From: Rebecca billardiae RCC1528 | Taxonomy: Eukaryota; Protista; Haptophyta | Length of the DNA stretch: 64,000 bases | Direction of reading: 5' to 3' | Assembly: GCA_965240325.2 (NCBI GenBank) | Contig: OZ251227.1 | Location: forward strand, 1-64,000 | Part shown: one piece after another, positions 45,033 to 56,276 of the stretch | How the letters are laid out: every line of letters begins with the position of its first letter | Position numbering within the stretch: position 1 is the first letter of the stretch | Made by a program: the position numbers and the translations under genes | The notes under the pieces: model-generated | What the model was told of the DNA's origin: nothing | Seen by the model: the letters and a program-made list of their open reading frames with translations, nothing else | The model's database searches: none

Positions 45033-45772
45033 CGCCGCCGCGCCGACGCCCGCGCCGACGCCGAGGTCGACGGCGCCGAGCGCGCAGCGGCGCCACTCGT
45101 CCTCGTCCTCGCACCAGAGCTCCGCGTCGCGCGCGCACAGCCGCAGCCGCGGCAGCACGCACGCGCCCACCAGCGCGGCGGGGTCTGCGCCCAGCACGGC
45201 CGCGGCCTCTGCGCGCGCGGCGGCGGCGCCGGCCGCGCGCGCTGCGGCCGCGCCCGCGTCCTCGTCGTCCTCGTCGTCGCCGTCGTCGTCGTCGTCGGGG
45301 TCGGCGGCGCACTCGGTGGCGACCTCAGCGAGCGTGCTCAGCGCGATGCACACGGCCGCCTCGCCCGCCGCCTCGTCGTGCGCCACGCTGGGCTCGTCGG
45401 CGCACCCGTCGCGCCCGGCGCGCGCCGCGGCCGCGGCCGCGCCCGCCGGCTGGCGCACAGAGCACAGCTCGACGCACGCGCGCAGGAGCGCGCCGAGCGC
45501 GCCGCGGGGGAGCGCGTGCGCGTGGCGCGTGGCGAGCGAGTACACCAGCTTCGCCGCGCGCCGCTCCACGCCGCGCGCCTCGCCCGCCGCCGCGCGCGCG
45601 CCGCCGAGCATCGCGGCCGCCGCCACGCGCGCCACGCCGCCGAGCGCTTCGCCGCGCGCGCCCTCCGCTGGCAGGTAGTGGCCGAGCATGCGGCCGAGCA
45701 CCTTGAGCGCGAGGTGCAGCGCGGCGCGCCGCGCCGCGTCGGCCGCCGCGTCGTCCGACGGCTCGGCGCTCG

Positions 45773-45810
<38 letters not shown>

Positions 45811-46358
45811 GCGGCGGCGAGCGCGTCGAGCGCGCGCGGCGGCGGCGGGTGCGCCCTGGCCGCGTCGGCGGCCGCGCACGTCGCGTGCGGGTACGCGAGC
45901 TGGTGCAGCGCGGTGAGCGGGCCGAGCAGCTCGGCGTGCGACGACGCGGCGCGCAGCCCGCCGAGCAGCGCCTCGAGCAGCCCGGGCCACGCCTCCGCCC
46001 AGTCCGCGCCCGCGGCCGCACGGAACGCCACGCCGAGCGCGGCGCGCGTGTGCGCGGGCGCGCGCGCGAGCGCGTCGGCGAGCGGCTCGCGCAGCTGCGC
46101 GCGCTCGGCGTCGGCGAGCGAGGCCCACGAGCGCACGCACAGGTTCTTCAGCGCCACCGCCGCCGCCTGCTGCACGTGCGCCGGCGCGCCGCCGCCGCCG
46201 CCGCTCGCGAGCGCGAGCAGAGCAGAGCCGTGGCCGCGCCGGGCGGCCGCCGTCTCGAGCGCGAGCGTCGCCGCGCGGCGCTCGGCCGCGTCGGCGGAGA
46301 GGCTCGCCTCGAGCGCGCGCGCGAGCTCGCCCGTCTCACCCGTCGCCGCCGCTGCCAT
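41195..46358 (-). CDS. Importin-beta family (IBN_N; importin-7/8/9/11/CSE1-like) HEAT-repeat protein; exons 46358-43298, 43170-42603, 41663-41195
   Basis: N-terminal [16 protein letters not shown]...[11 protein letters not shown]...W...[10 protein letters not shown]. Acidic C-terminal loops. Splicing gives FERRYAREA across the microsatellite intron. Confidence 0.72.
41813..42601. repeat. About 790-bp compound (CA)n/(CACG)/(CACACG) microsatellite inside intron 2 of the importin gene
   Basis: Directly visible alternating purine-pyrimidine tract. Confidence 0.97.
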
Positions 46359-46751
46359 CCCGCCTGGCGTGCGCGCCAGGCGCCGAGTGTGCGCGTGCTT
46401 GGCTCGAGGCGTCGCGCGTCGGGTCGCGCGGCCGAGGGCGAAGACCGTTGGCCGCGGCCTTTTCTTATTTAATACCCGATCTACCAGAGCACGCGCGAGC
46501 TTGCGAGCGCCGCGACCAATAATGCCGCGACGAAGCATTTCAAATCTCGTCGATCGAACGCTGCCCTCTCGGTGTCGCCAAGTCACCGGAGCGGCGGGAG
46601 CGCACCCGGCCCGGACTTCCCTGCGGTCGTCAAGCACGGGACCGGGGACTTCCCGGCCGGTCCGAACATTATTGTCTATACTGCAGCGGACTGGGCGCGG
46701 CCCCGGCACTCATTCGGGTGCCGCCGCCATGAAAGGTCTCGAGGGTGCTGC

Positions 46752-49447
46752 TCACTCGACCACGTCGGACGGGGCGGTGCCGCCAAAGCGCCGCACCAGG
46801 CTGCCCACGCCGCACCCGCCGCCCGAGCCGCCGGCGCGCGCAGTGCGGCCGCTGCCGGACGAGCGGCGGCGCGGGGGCTGGGCACCGTCCGCGCGCGCGC
46901 CGGCAAACGGCAGCTCGTCGGCCGCGTGCGCCAGCGGCTTCCACCCGTCCCAGCCCGCGCGCCACACGTGGCTGTCCCCGCTCAGCGCGGGCTCACCAAC
47001 AAGGGCGGCGCCGGCCGCGCCCCGCTCCCACAGGGCCTGCAGCTGCGCCGTGTCGTACGGACCCAGCCGCTCGTTGTCCGCGGAGAGCAGCCAGTACAGA
47101 CGCTCCGCACCGCACCCGTCGTCGCGCCCGCACGCCGCGCACGCCGCCGCGGCGGCGTTGGCGGGCGGCGAGGTGGAGGCGCGCGCGGCGGGCGGCGGCG
47201 TGCCGCCCGCGCCGGCCGGGCTGGCGCCCGAGGCGGAGGCGGAGGCGGAGGCGGCGCCCGAGGCGGGGCTGCCGTCGGCGAGCAGCGCGCTCGAGACCTG
47301 CCCGAGCATGTGCTGCATCTCGGGCTCGAGCCCCACCTCGAACCCGCCGGCGCTGCCGATGCCCACGTGGCCCGTGTGCCGCACCCCGGTTGGCGCGCCC
47401 ACGTGCAGCGGCGCGCAGCCCGCGCCCGCACCGCCCGCGCCGCCGGGCGCGGCGCGCGAGCGGCCGGCGGCGGGCGCGGCGGCGGGCTTGGCGCGCGGCG
47501 GCGGCGGCGCGGCGGCGGCGTTGCCCTGGGCGGGGCGCGGCGAGCATGCCGTGCGTGCCGTCGCCAGCGCGCTCGCCAGCGGCCCCAGCCAGCCCGCGCC
47601 CGCCCCCTGCTCGGGCCGCGCGGCCGCTGCGGGCGGCTGCGTGCGCGCCGCGCGCCCCGCGCCGCTGCCGCTGCCGCCCACCAGCTGCATCGTGCCGCCC
47701 GCCGGGCACACGGCCGCGCGCGCGCGCGCCGCGACGCTGGGGCCGGCGGCGGCGGGCGCGCTCGCCGCGGCGGGCCGCGCGCGACCGCTCTCCGGCGCGT
47801 CGACCTCGCCCGCGGCCGCCAGCGCGAGCACGGCGCGCATTGCCGCCGCGTAGCTCGCCGCGCCGCCGGGCGCGGCTGCGGTCGCGCCGCCGTCCGCGGC
47901 CGAGCCGCCGTCCGCGGCGGGCGCGGCCGCGGCGCCGGCGCGCGAGCTGCGCGGTGGCTTGGCGGGGCCGGCGGCGGCGGCGACGGCGGCGGCGACGGAG
48001 GTGACGCGCGCCCCGCCGCTCGGCGGCCCCTCCGGCTGCGCCAGCTTGGCCGCGTGCAGCCGGAAGCACAGCACGCACGCGCACACGAGCAGCGCGCACG
48101 CACACAGCGCGCCCGGCAGCGAGCGCGCGGCGCCCGGCGCGAGCGCGCCGCGCATGCGCTCGTCGAAGAGCGGGTCGTCGGACGCGGCGAGGAGGTACGA
48201 GAGGTCCAGCATGGCGTCCGCCTCCGTGTCGAAGCGCGCGTGCACGCTGATCAGCGCGGCCGCCCACGTGCCTGCGCACACGCGCACACGCACACGCACA
48301 CGCGCACGCGGCGGAGGGCGGCGCGGCTGAGCGCGCGCCGCGGCGAGCAGTGGCGGGCGCGGTGGGAGTGTCGCGCGCGCGCACCGAGTGCATACTGCAC
48401 GAGCACGCCGACGTGCGCGGCGGGCAGCGCCCACTGCAGCCAGTACACGAACGCCGGAGCCGCCGCCTCGGGCGCGCGCCGCCCCTTTGCGCCGCAGCCC
48501 GCCCTGAGCGCGCCGCCCCAGAAGCGCAGGTAGTGGCCGAGCATGGCGCACGCGCGGGCGCAGAGCACGGCGGAGAGGCCGACGCACGCGCAGACGAGGA
48601 GGCGCGCCGCGTCGCGCGCGTCCGCCTCGCGCGCGGAGCGCGCCGCCGTGCGCGCCGCCGCTCGGAACAGCGCCGCGTCGTCCGCGGGCAGCTGCGCGCA
48701 CAGCTGGCTGAGGGTTAGCAGCAGCTGCGAGCACAGCGAGACGCGCGCGGGCAGCAGCAGCCGGCGGCCGACGGTGGGCGCGGGCGGCGCGGCGGGCGCG
48801 CGCGGCGCGGGCGCGTCGGACTGCCCGCGCGCCGCCTCCTCGTCCGCCTCGCGCGCCCGCGGCGTGTGCGGCGGCGGCGCCCCGCCCGCCAGCAGCACGT
48901 CAATCACCGTGAGCCGACGGCCGTCCACGCCGCGCTCGCCCACGCGCCGCGCGGCGTCGGCGGCGAGCGCGGCGCGGTGGCGGTCGACGAGGGTCCAGAG
49001 CGCGCCGAGCGCGCTCGCCGCGGCGAGCGTGCCAACGCCGAACGTCCACGCCGTCCAGCGCAGCTGCGCGTCCGCGTACGGACCCGGCTCGGCGCCGATC
49101 AGCGCGCGCGCGCTCGCGCCCACGAGCAGCGAGACGAGGGCGCGCTGCTCGGGGCGCGCGCACACGGCGTTGAGGGCGGTGAGGAAGAGCATCCACGCCG
49201 ACGCGAGCGCGAGCGCGAGCGGCAGCCGCAGGAAGATCGCGCTCGCCGCGCGCGACTCTGTGAGCGAGGGCGAGCGGTGCAGGAACCAGTACAGCGCGCC
49301 CACAAACGCGAGCAGCGCCCAGAGGAGCAGGAACGGCGTGGAGGAGGAGGCGCACATCGCGACGAAGACGCACAGCGCGACCTGCGCCGCGAGCGCCAGG
49401 CTCGTCGCCCGCGGCAGCGTGAGCCACGTGGCGGGGGGCATCAGCAT
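46752..49447 (-). CDS. Multi-pass membrane protein with a cytoplasmic CRIB motif and a GYF_2 (DUF4339) domain; intron 48384-48272
   Basis: Many hydrophobic segments in the N-terminal half. VGAPTGVRHTGHVG.....GFEV.LEPEMQHML (CRIB). YWLL.....LGPYDTAQLQALWERG...DSHVWRAGWDGWKPL (GYF_2). Confidence 0.72.
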
Positions 49448-49875
49448 CGCGCGGGGGCCGTTTGGAGGCGGAGGGGCGGCGGGGCTCGCTCAAACAGCGA
49501 CCTTGAGCTCCTTTGAACGCGCTCGTCAGTCGTCACTCGTCACCCGCGCCGTCACCGAAAACGCCGCGAACTTTCCTGCCGTTCATCTTTTACTTTCCTG
49601 CCGAGTGCCGTTCATCTTTTGGCACAGCAGACGCAGTCAGCAGTAGCACGACTCGTGCTGGAGAGCTGCTGCACACCGGTCGCTCCACCTGTTCATCACC
49701 CACGGCCCTTGTGTCATACTGTAAGAGAACTAGAGAAGACTGTCGTGACCTCACTAACTACTAAGGAGCAAGGTCCGACCGCGCACACTCTCTAGTCTCT
49801 CGACGGCCAGCCCGCACGACGTCCACGGGTGTGCGCCGCGCGTGCTCGGCGTGCACGGGCCCGGGCACGCTCGCC

Positions 49876-50955
49876 TCACGCGTCGGGCAGCCAGCCGTCC
49901 TCGCCCTCCTCGAGCGGCTCGACGTCGACGGCGTCGGCGATCGCGTCGTCGAGCTCGGCGCACGGCGCGCGCACGTCGAGCGCGCCCGTCGGCTCGGGCA
50001 GCGGCGCCATGCGCAGGCGGTACGCGTGGAGGAAGAGGCGGTACGAGTGCCAGTCTCCGCCGTACGACGCGTCGCCGACGATCGGGTGCCCGATGTGCGC
50101 GCAGTGCACGCGCAGCTGGTGCCGCCGCCCCGTGCGCGGCTGCAGCAGCAGCAGAGACACGGGCTCGCGCGAGCGCGGCCCGGCGAGCGCGAGCGCGCCG
50201 TGCCGCAGCACGCGCACGCCCGTCTCGGCGGACTTGGCGCGCGGCTCGTCCGGCGCGGCGGCGCGCTGCAGGAACGAGCTGCCCTCCACGGGCGCGAGCG
50301 CCGCGCGCACCGTCGCGTGCACGCGCGGCGGCACGTGGCCGAAGACGAGCGCGAGGTACTGCTTGCGCGCGCTGCGGGCCGAGAAGTGGCGCGCGGCGGC
50401 GCCCGCCGCCTGCTTGTCGCGCGCGGCGAGCAGGAGGCCCGAGGTCGCCGCGTCGAGCTGGTGGCAGAAGCGCAGCGTCTCAAACCCGCGCGCCGACGCC
50501 AGCCAGTCCGCCGCCGTCACCTCCTCGGCGAACTTGCGCGCGCCGTCGGTGCCGAGGTCGAGCCGCACGTCGAACGGCTTGTGCACGCACACGTACCGCC
50601 CGTCCTCGTACGCGGCGCGCAGCTCGAGCCGGAGGAACTGCGGCTGCTGGGCGAGGAACTCAGCCTGCTGCTCCGCCGTGAACACGCCCTGCGCCACGAG
50701 GTAGCGCAGCTGCGCGCGCCGGCGCGTCTCGCCGTCGAGGCCGGGCAGGAAGGGGAGGAGCGGCCGCGCCGCACCCGGCGCCGAGGCGGCGGGCGCGGCG
50801 GGCGCGCCGGCCGACGCCGGTGGGCCCGAGTGGGCACGCGCCACCGAGCGCGTCGGCGCGCCGGACATGGAGCCCAGCGCGAGCAGCCACGCGCGCGCGC
50901 ACCAGCGCGCGGCGCGACGGGGTGGACGGTGCCGGCGAGCGGCGGGCTGGTGCAT
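49876..50955 (-). CDS. RluA-family (RPUSD1-like) RNA pseudouridine synthase; start codon uncertain (50955 or 50869)
   Basis: VHKPFD, CHQLDAATSG (catalytic Asp), KQYLALV, PRTGRRHQLRVH..HIGHPIVGD..Y and RLFLHA. Confidence 0.9.
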   Translation of the reverse strand: MHQPAARRHRPPRRAARWCARAWLLALGSMSGAPTRSVARAHSGPPASAGAPAAPAASAPGAARPLLPFLPGLDGETRRRAQLRYLVAQGVFTAEQQAEFLAQQPQFLRLELRAAYEDGRYVCVHKPFDVRLDLGTDGARKFAEEVTAADWLASARGFETLRFCHQLDAATSGLLLAARDKQAAGAAARHFSARSARKQYLALVFGHVPPRVHATVRAALAPVEGSSFLQRAAAPDEPRAKSAETGVRVLRHGALALAGPRSREPVSLLLLQPRTGRRHQLRVHCAHIGHPIVGDASYGGDWHSYRLFLHAYRLRMAPLPEPTGALDVRAPCAELDDAIADAVDVEPLEEGEDGWLPDA

Positions 50956-51166
50956 CAAGCCCCGCGCAGCCGCGCGGGAGCGTGCCGTCACTGCTTCCGC
51001 CTCTCCTGCAGTCTGCAGCGGACGGTCCGGTGGCACGCACGGCCCGGCCCGTCCGGACGCTTGCACGTGCCGAGTGCCGACAAAGGCCGCCCATCTACTC
51101 AGCCTTGCTGCGCACGTCGCTCGCGGGCGCCACTGAGACCGCGCGCTCACGGTCAGGGCGGCAGCC

Positions 51167-54100
51167 ATGGCGCACCACTTTGCGAAGCCGGAGAACGCGC
51201 TGAAGCGCGCCGAGGAGCTGCTGCACGTCGGCCAGCAGTCCGCCGCGCTCGACTCGCTGCACGACGTGCTCTCGTCGAAGCGGCACCGCACGTGGACGCC
51301 GACGATCGAGCAGATCATCCGCAAGTACCTCGACATCTGCATCGCGACGAAGAAGGGGCGGATGGCGAAGGACGGGCTGATCCAGTACCGCATCATCTGC
51401 CAGCAGGTCAACGTTAGCTCGCTCGAGGAGGTGCTGCGCTACTTCATGGGCAAGGTCGACGCCGCGGCGGCGGCGGCGATGGCGCTGGCCGAGGACGTGA
51501 CGCCCGAGCACCAGGTGAGCGACCTGGACGCGGAGGAGACGCCCGAGTCGATCCTGCTCTCGGCGATGACGGGCGACGACCAGGCCACGCGCACCGAGCG
51601 CGAGCTCGTCACGCCGTGGCTCAAGTTTGTGTGGGAGTCGTACCGCACGGTGCGGGCACACGCTCGCACGGGCAGCCGGCCGCGCGCGCAAGCGCAAGCG
51701 CGAGCGCGAGGAGCGGAAGGGGGCGCGCACAGCCGGGCGCGGGCCGATGCGGCGGGTGGGCGTGCGTGTGGACGGCTGCGGGCAGCAGCAGCGCGCGCAG
51801 CAGCGCGGGCGCCGCTCGCCGCCACGCCCGGCGCTCACGCGCTCGCGCCGCGCCCGCTCGTGCGCTCGTGCGCTCGTGCGCTCGTGCGCGCGCGCAGGTG
51901 CTCGAGATCTTGCGCTCGAACGCAAAGCTGGAGGGGCTGTACCAGGAGACCGCGGGCAAGGCGTTCGGCTTCTGCGTCAAGTACAAGCGCGGCACGGAGA
52001 TGCGTCGGCTGTGCGAGCTGCTGCGCAACCACCTCGCGTCGCTCTCAAAGTACCAGCCCAAGGAGCAGCAGGCGCTCGGGCTGCCGCCCGACGGGCTGGG
52101 CATGCACCTGGAGGTGCGGTACGCGCAGCTCAACGCCGCGGCGGACCTGGAGCTGTGGCAGGAGGCGTACCGCACCATCGAGGACATCCACGCGCTCACG
52201 CTCACGCTCAAGAGGGCGCCGCGCACCGGCATGCAGATCAACTACTTTGGGCGGCTCGCGCAGGTCTTCCTGGTCTCGGACAAGCTGCTGCTGCACGGCT
52301 ACTGCCTGCTGCGCCTCGTCGCGCTGACGCGCGGGCGGAAGGTGGCGCCCGAGCCGGCGGAGCTGCGCACGCTCGCCACCACCGCCGTGCTCGCCGCGCT
52401 CGTCGCGCCGCTCTCGCCCGCCTCCGCGCCCGCGACCGCGTCGGACGAGTCGGGGCACGCGCTCTCGGCCGACGGCGGCGCGGCGGGCGTCTCGCTCGAC
52501 CTCGACCTCGAGCAGGAGAAGGCGCGGCGGATCGCGGCGGTGCTGGGCTTCGGCTCGATGCCGACGCGCGCCGCGCTGCTCGCCGAGCTCCGCGCCAAGG
52601 GCATCGTCCGCCTCGCGCACCCCGAGGTGGGCGCGCTGTACGAGGCGCTCGAGGGCGCGCGCGCGGCCGCGGGCCACGTGCCGATGGGCGCGGGCGCGCT
52701 CACGACCGCGGCGCTCGACGCGCTCGCGGCGGAGCCGCGCGCCGAGCCGTACTTCCCGCTGCTGCGCAAGCAGGTGGCGCTGCGCCTGCTGCAGCAGATG
52801 TCGCGCGTCTACTCGCGGCTCTCGCTCGCCAAGGCCACGCAGCTCGTCGGGCTGCTGCCGCGCGCGGAGGTCGAGCTGCTCGTCGTGCGCGCGGCGCGCA
52901 AGGGGCTGGTGAGCGCGCGCCTCGACGCGGCGTCGGACACGCTCACGTTCGCGCCGGCGGGGATCGAGCGCGACGCGGGGCTGCGCTCCGCGCTGGCCAC
53001 GCTCTACGGCGGCGTCGCCCTCGGCGCGAGCCTCGCCGCGCGCGACCTCTCGGGCGCCGAGCGCGTCGAGCGCGCGCACGCGGAGCGCAAGGCGGCGGCG
53101 CTCGCGCGGCTCTCGGCGGGCGCGCCCTCCGAGCACGCGCGGATGCTGCAGCGCAAGCTGGTGATCGAGCGGCGCAAGGAGGAGCTCGAGCGCGCGCTGC
53201 ACGTGCAGGAGGCCGCGCGGCGCGCGCAGGCCAAGGCCGAGCAGGCCGAGCAGGCCGACGCCGAGGCGAAGCGGCTCGCGTCCGAGGCCGCCAAGCGAGA
53301 CGCCGAGCGGCGCGAGCGCGAGCGCGCCGAGGAGGAGGAGGCGCAGCGGCGGAAGCTGGCGGAGCAGCTCGCCGAGCAGCGCAAGACGATCAAGAAGACG
53401 CTCAAGAAGGAGGACGCCGAGAAGATCGAGACGGACGTGGACAAGCTCGCCGCCATGTCCACCGCCAAGCTCGTGACCGAGCAGCGCGAGCTGATTGCAG
53501 ACGAGCGCGCTGAGTTTGAGCGCAGGCTCGAGCAGGTGCACACCCACGCGCACACCGCTGCGCTGCGCACACCGCTGCGCACGGCGCTGCGCACGGCGCA
53601 CCCCGTGCGCTCACGCCCCACGCCCCACGCCGCCCCGCCCCTTCGTCGCAGCTGCGCAAGCGCATGGACTACCTCGAGCGCGCGCGGCGCGAGGCGGAGC
53701 GGCCGCTGCTCGCCGCCGCGTTTGAGCGGCAGCAGCTGGAGGCGGCGGCCGCGCACAGGCAGCAGGTGCAGGACTTCATCGCGGCCGCAAAGGCCGCGCG
53801 GGAGAACGCGCTGGCGGAGCAGAAGCGGCTGCAGCGCGTCAAGCCGGACAAGGTGCGCTCCCCTTGCGCGGGGGCGGGGCTGCGCCGCGCCGCGCTGCGT
53901 GATGCTCCTATCCGAAATCCGATGCCCAGGGCCGCACGCAACAGCGGCCGATGCGGAGCGGCGCGCAGCGCACGGGCTGACAGCGCAGCGCGCGCGCACC
54001 GCCCAGCGCACACACCGCCCAGCGCACACCCCAGCGCGCACGCCGCCCGCGTCGCGCGCGCGCGCGCGCGCCGCTCAGCGCGCGCGCCCGCGCCCGCGCC

Positions 54101-55030
54101 CCCTCCGCCCCTCTGCAGGCCACCTTCGAGGCCGCCCGGCACGCCGCGCGCGTGGCGATCCACGAGGCCGCGTGCGCCAAGCGCAACAGCGAGCTGGCCG
54201 AGGCGCGGCAGACGCGCAAGGAGGAGCGGCGCGAGGCGCGCGCGGCGGCCAAGGCGGAGGCGCGGCGGCTCGCGGCGGAGCAGGCGGCGCGCGAGGAGGC
54301 GGCGCGCGTCGCGGCCGAGCGCGAGGCCGCGCGCAAGGCCGCCTTCGAGGAGGAGCGGCGCAAGCTTGCCGAGATCGAGGAGCGCAAGCGCGCCAAGGAG
54401 GCGGAGGTCGAGGCGCGGCTGCAGGCCGAGCGGCTCGCGGCCAACGGGCCGACGTGGGCGGACCGCGACGACGACGAGGAGGACGAGGGGCTGCCCTCGC
54501 GCCCCGGGTTTGGCGCGGCCAAGGAGAAGGAGGCCGGCAAGCCCAAGCCCGCCCCCGCCGCGGGCGAGCCCGACGCCGACGCCGAGCGCGCCGGCGGCTC
54601 CAACTCGTGGGAGACGCAGCCGCTGCGCGACGCGCGCCCGCCCGCGCTCGCGCACGGCCGCTCGGGCGAGCGCTGGCAGGACCGGGAGCGCCCGCCGCCC
54701 GCGCGCGGCGGGCCGCCCAGCGGGTGCGACGCCGCGCCGCCGCGCACGCCGCGCGCGCGGCCCGCGCCGCCCCGCCCCCCGCGCGCGTCGCCGCGTGCGC
54801 TCACCCGCCGCCCCCTGCGCCCCCTTTGCCGGTGCGCGCCGCGCAGGCCGCGCGACGAGCGCTTTGGGGGCGGCGGCCGCGGCGGCGACGAGCGCGGCGG
54901 CGGCCGCGGCGGCGACGACCGCTTCGGCGGCGGGCGCGGCGGCGACGACCGCTTCGGCGGGCGGGGCCGCTTCGACGACCGCGGCCCGCCGCCGCGCGGC
55001 CCGCCGGGCGACGCTGACCGCCCACCACCG

Positions 55031-55069
<39 letters not shown>

Positions 55070-55354
55070 TGGCGCGAGCGCGAGGCGTCTCGCGGCGCCG
55101 GTGGCGGGCCGCCGCCGCCGGGCCCGGGCGAGCGCGGGCCGCCGCGCGGGCCGCCGGGCGACGACCGCTTTGGCGGGCGCGGCGGCGACGACCGCTTCGG
55201 CGGCGGCCGCGGCGGCCGGTTCGACGACCGCGGGCCACCGGGCCGCGGCGGCGACCGCGGGCCGCCGCCCCCGCGTGAGGACCGGCCGCCGCCCCCGCGC
55301 GACGACCGCCGCGGGGCCGCCGGCGGCGGCGACTCGGGCGGCCGCTGGCGCTGA
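51167..55354 (+). CDS. EIF3A: Translation initiation factor eIF3 subunit A; exons 51167-51649, 51898-53535, 53652-53852, 54119-54723, 54847-55354
   Basis: KPENALKRAEEL, AKDGLIQYR, VTPWLKFVWESYRT|VLEILR, ELWQEAYRTIEDIH, PCI and coiled-coil regions, DYLERARR, and C-terminal GGDDRFGG repeats. Confidence 0.96.
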
Positions 55355-56276
55355 GCGCTGCAGCGCAGCGCAGGCGCTGCAGCGCAGGCGCCTCCACGCG
55401 CGGCTCGGCGGCACAGCTCGGCCGCGTGCCGCTGTCGGCCGCCGCCCCGAGCGCTCAGCAGCCCGCTCCGGCCGCTCCGCCCGGCTGCGAGTGCCACGAG
55501 TCACTCGACCGAACCGCTCAACCGGACGGACGACAAACCCGCTGCGGCGCCCACGGGACCCCGTGGCACCGGGCCGCACGCCACTCCGGGGCCACAACGC
55601 GCGCCGCCACGGGCTCCGTGCAGAGCGCGTGAGGCTGCCTCAAGTGCGCCAGTGGCTGTGCCACTCACTGCCAGCCCGAAAGACCAGCTACCTAGCAGCT
55701 AGCTTTTGACACTCCTGACTGCCAGGTCCGAGACGCCGCACGGCACATGCTGCATGAGCGTGCATTAGACAGCTATGCTCTGATGCCGTAACGTTAGAAT
55801 AAGAATTCAGAACGAACCTCGCGCTACTAATGAATGAGATCACCGCGTCATCAACTGACATCATCACTGAATACTAGCGCACTTTTGGCGTGAACGGTGT
55901 CGTCAACCGCCGGATCAAATACATTATATATAATAAAACCATGGCCGGGGACTTATTGCTGATGTAGTGATGTTCAAAGTGGCCTGGGATACCATACAGT
56001 CGTTATGATAGGTAGATACAGGTACCGTAGGCCAATGAATAGTGTACAGTAGTGGTGCAGCACGCGGTACTGGTTATCATAAAACATAGTAAACCTAAAC
56101 TGTGAACGTGGCCCGTGCGTTAAAAAGTTGCTGGCCATACCGTACAGTACTTAGCTTCGTCAGTATGCGCCAGTCCTCGTTCCAAATCGTTGCATTACCC
56201 GCGCGTCTGTTCGCTCCAGGCGGACACACCGCATCCCAGCACCACGGGCGCGCATCGATACGGTAGCTGCTGCGCC

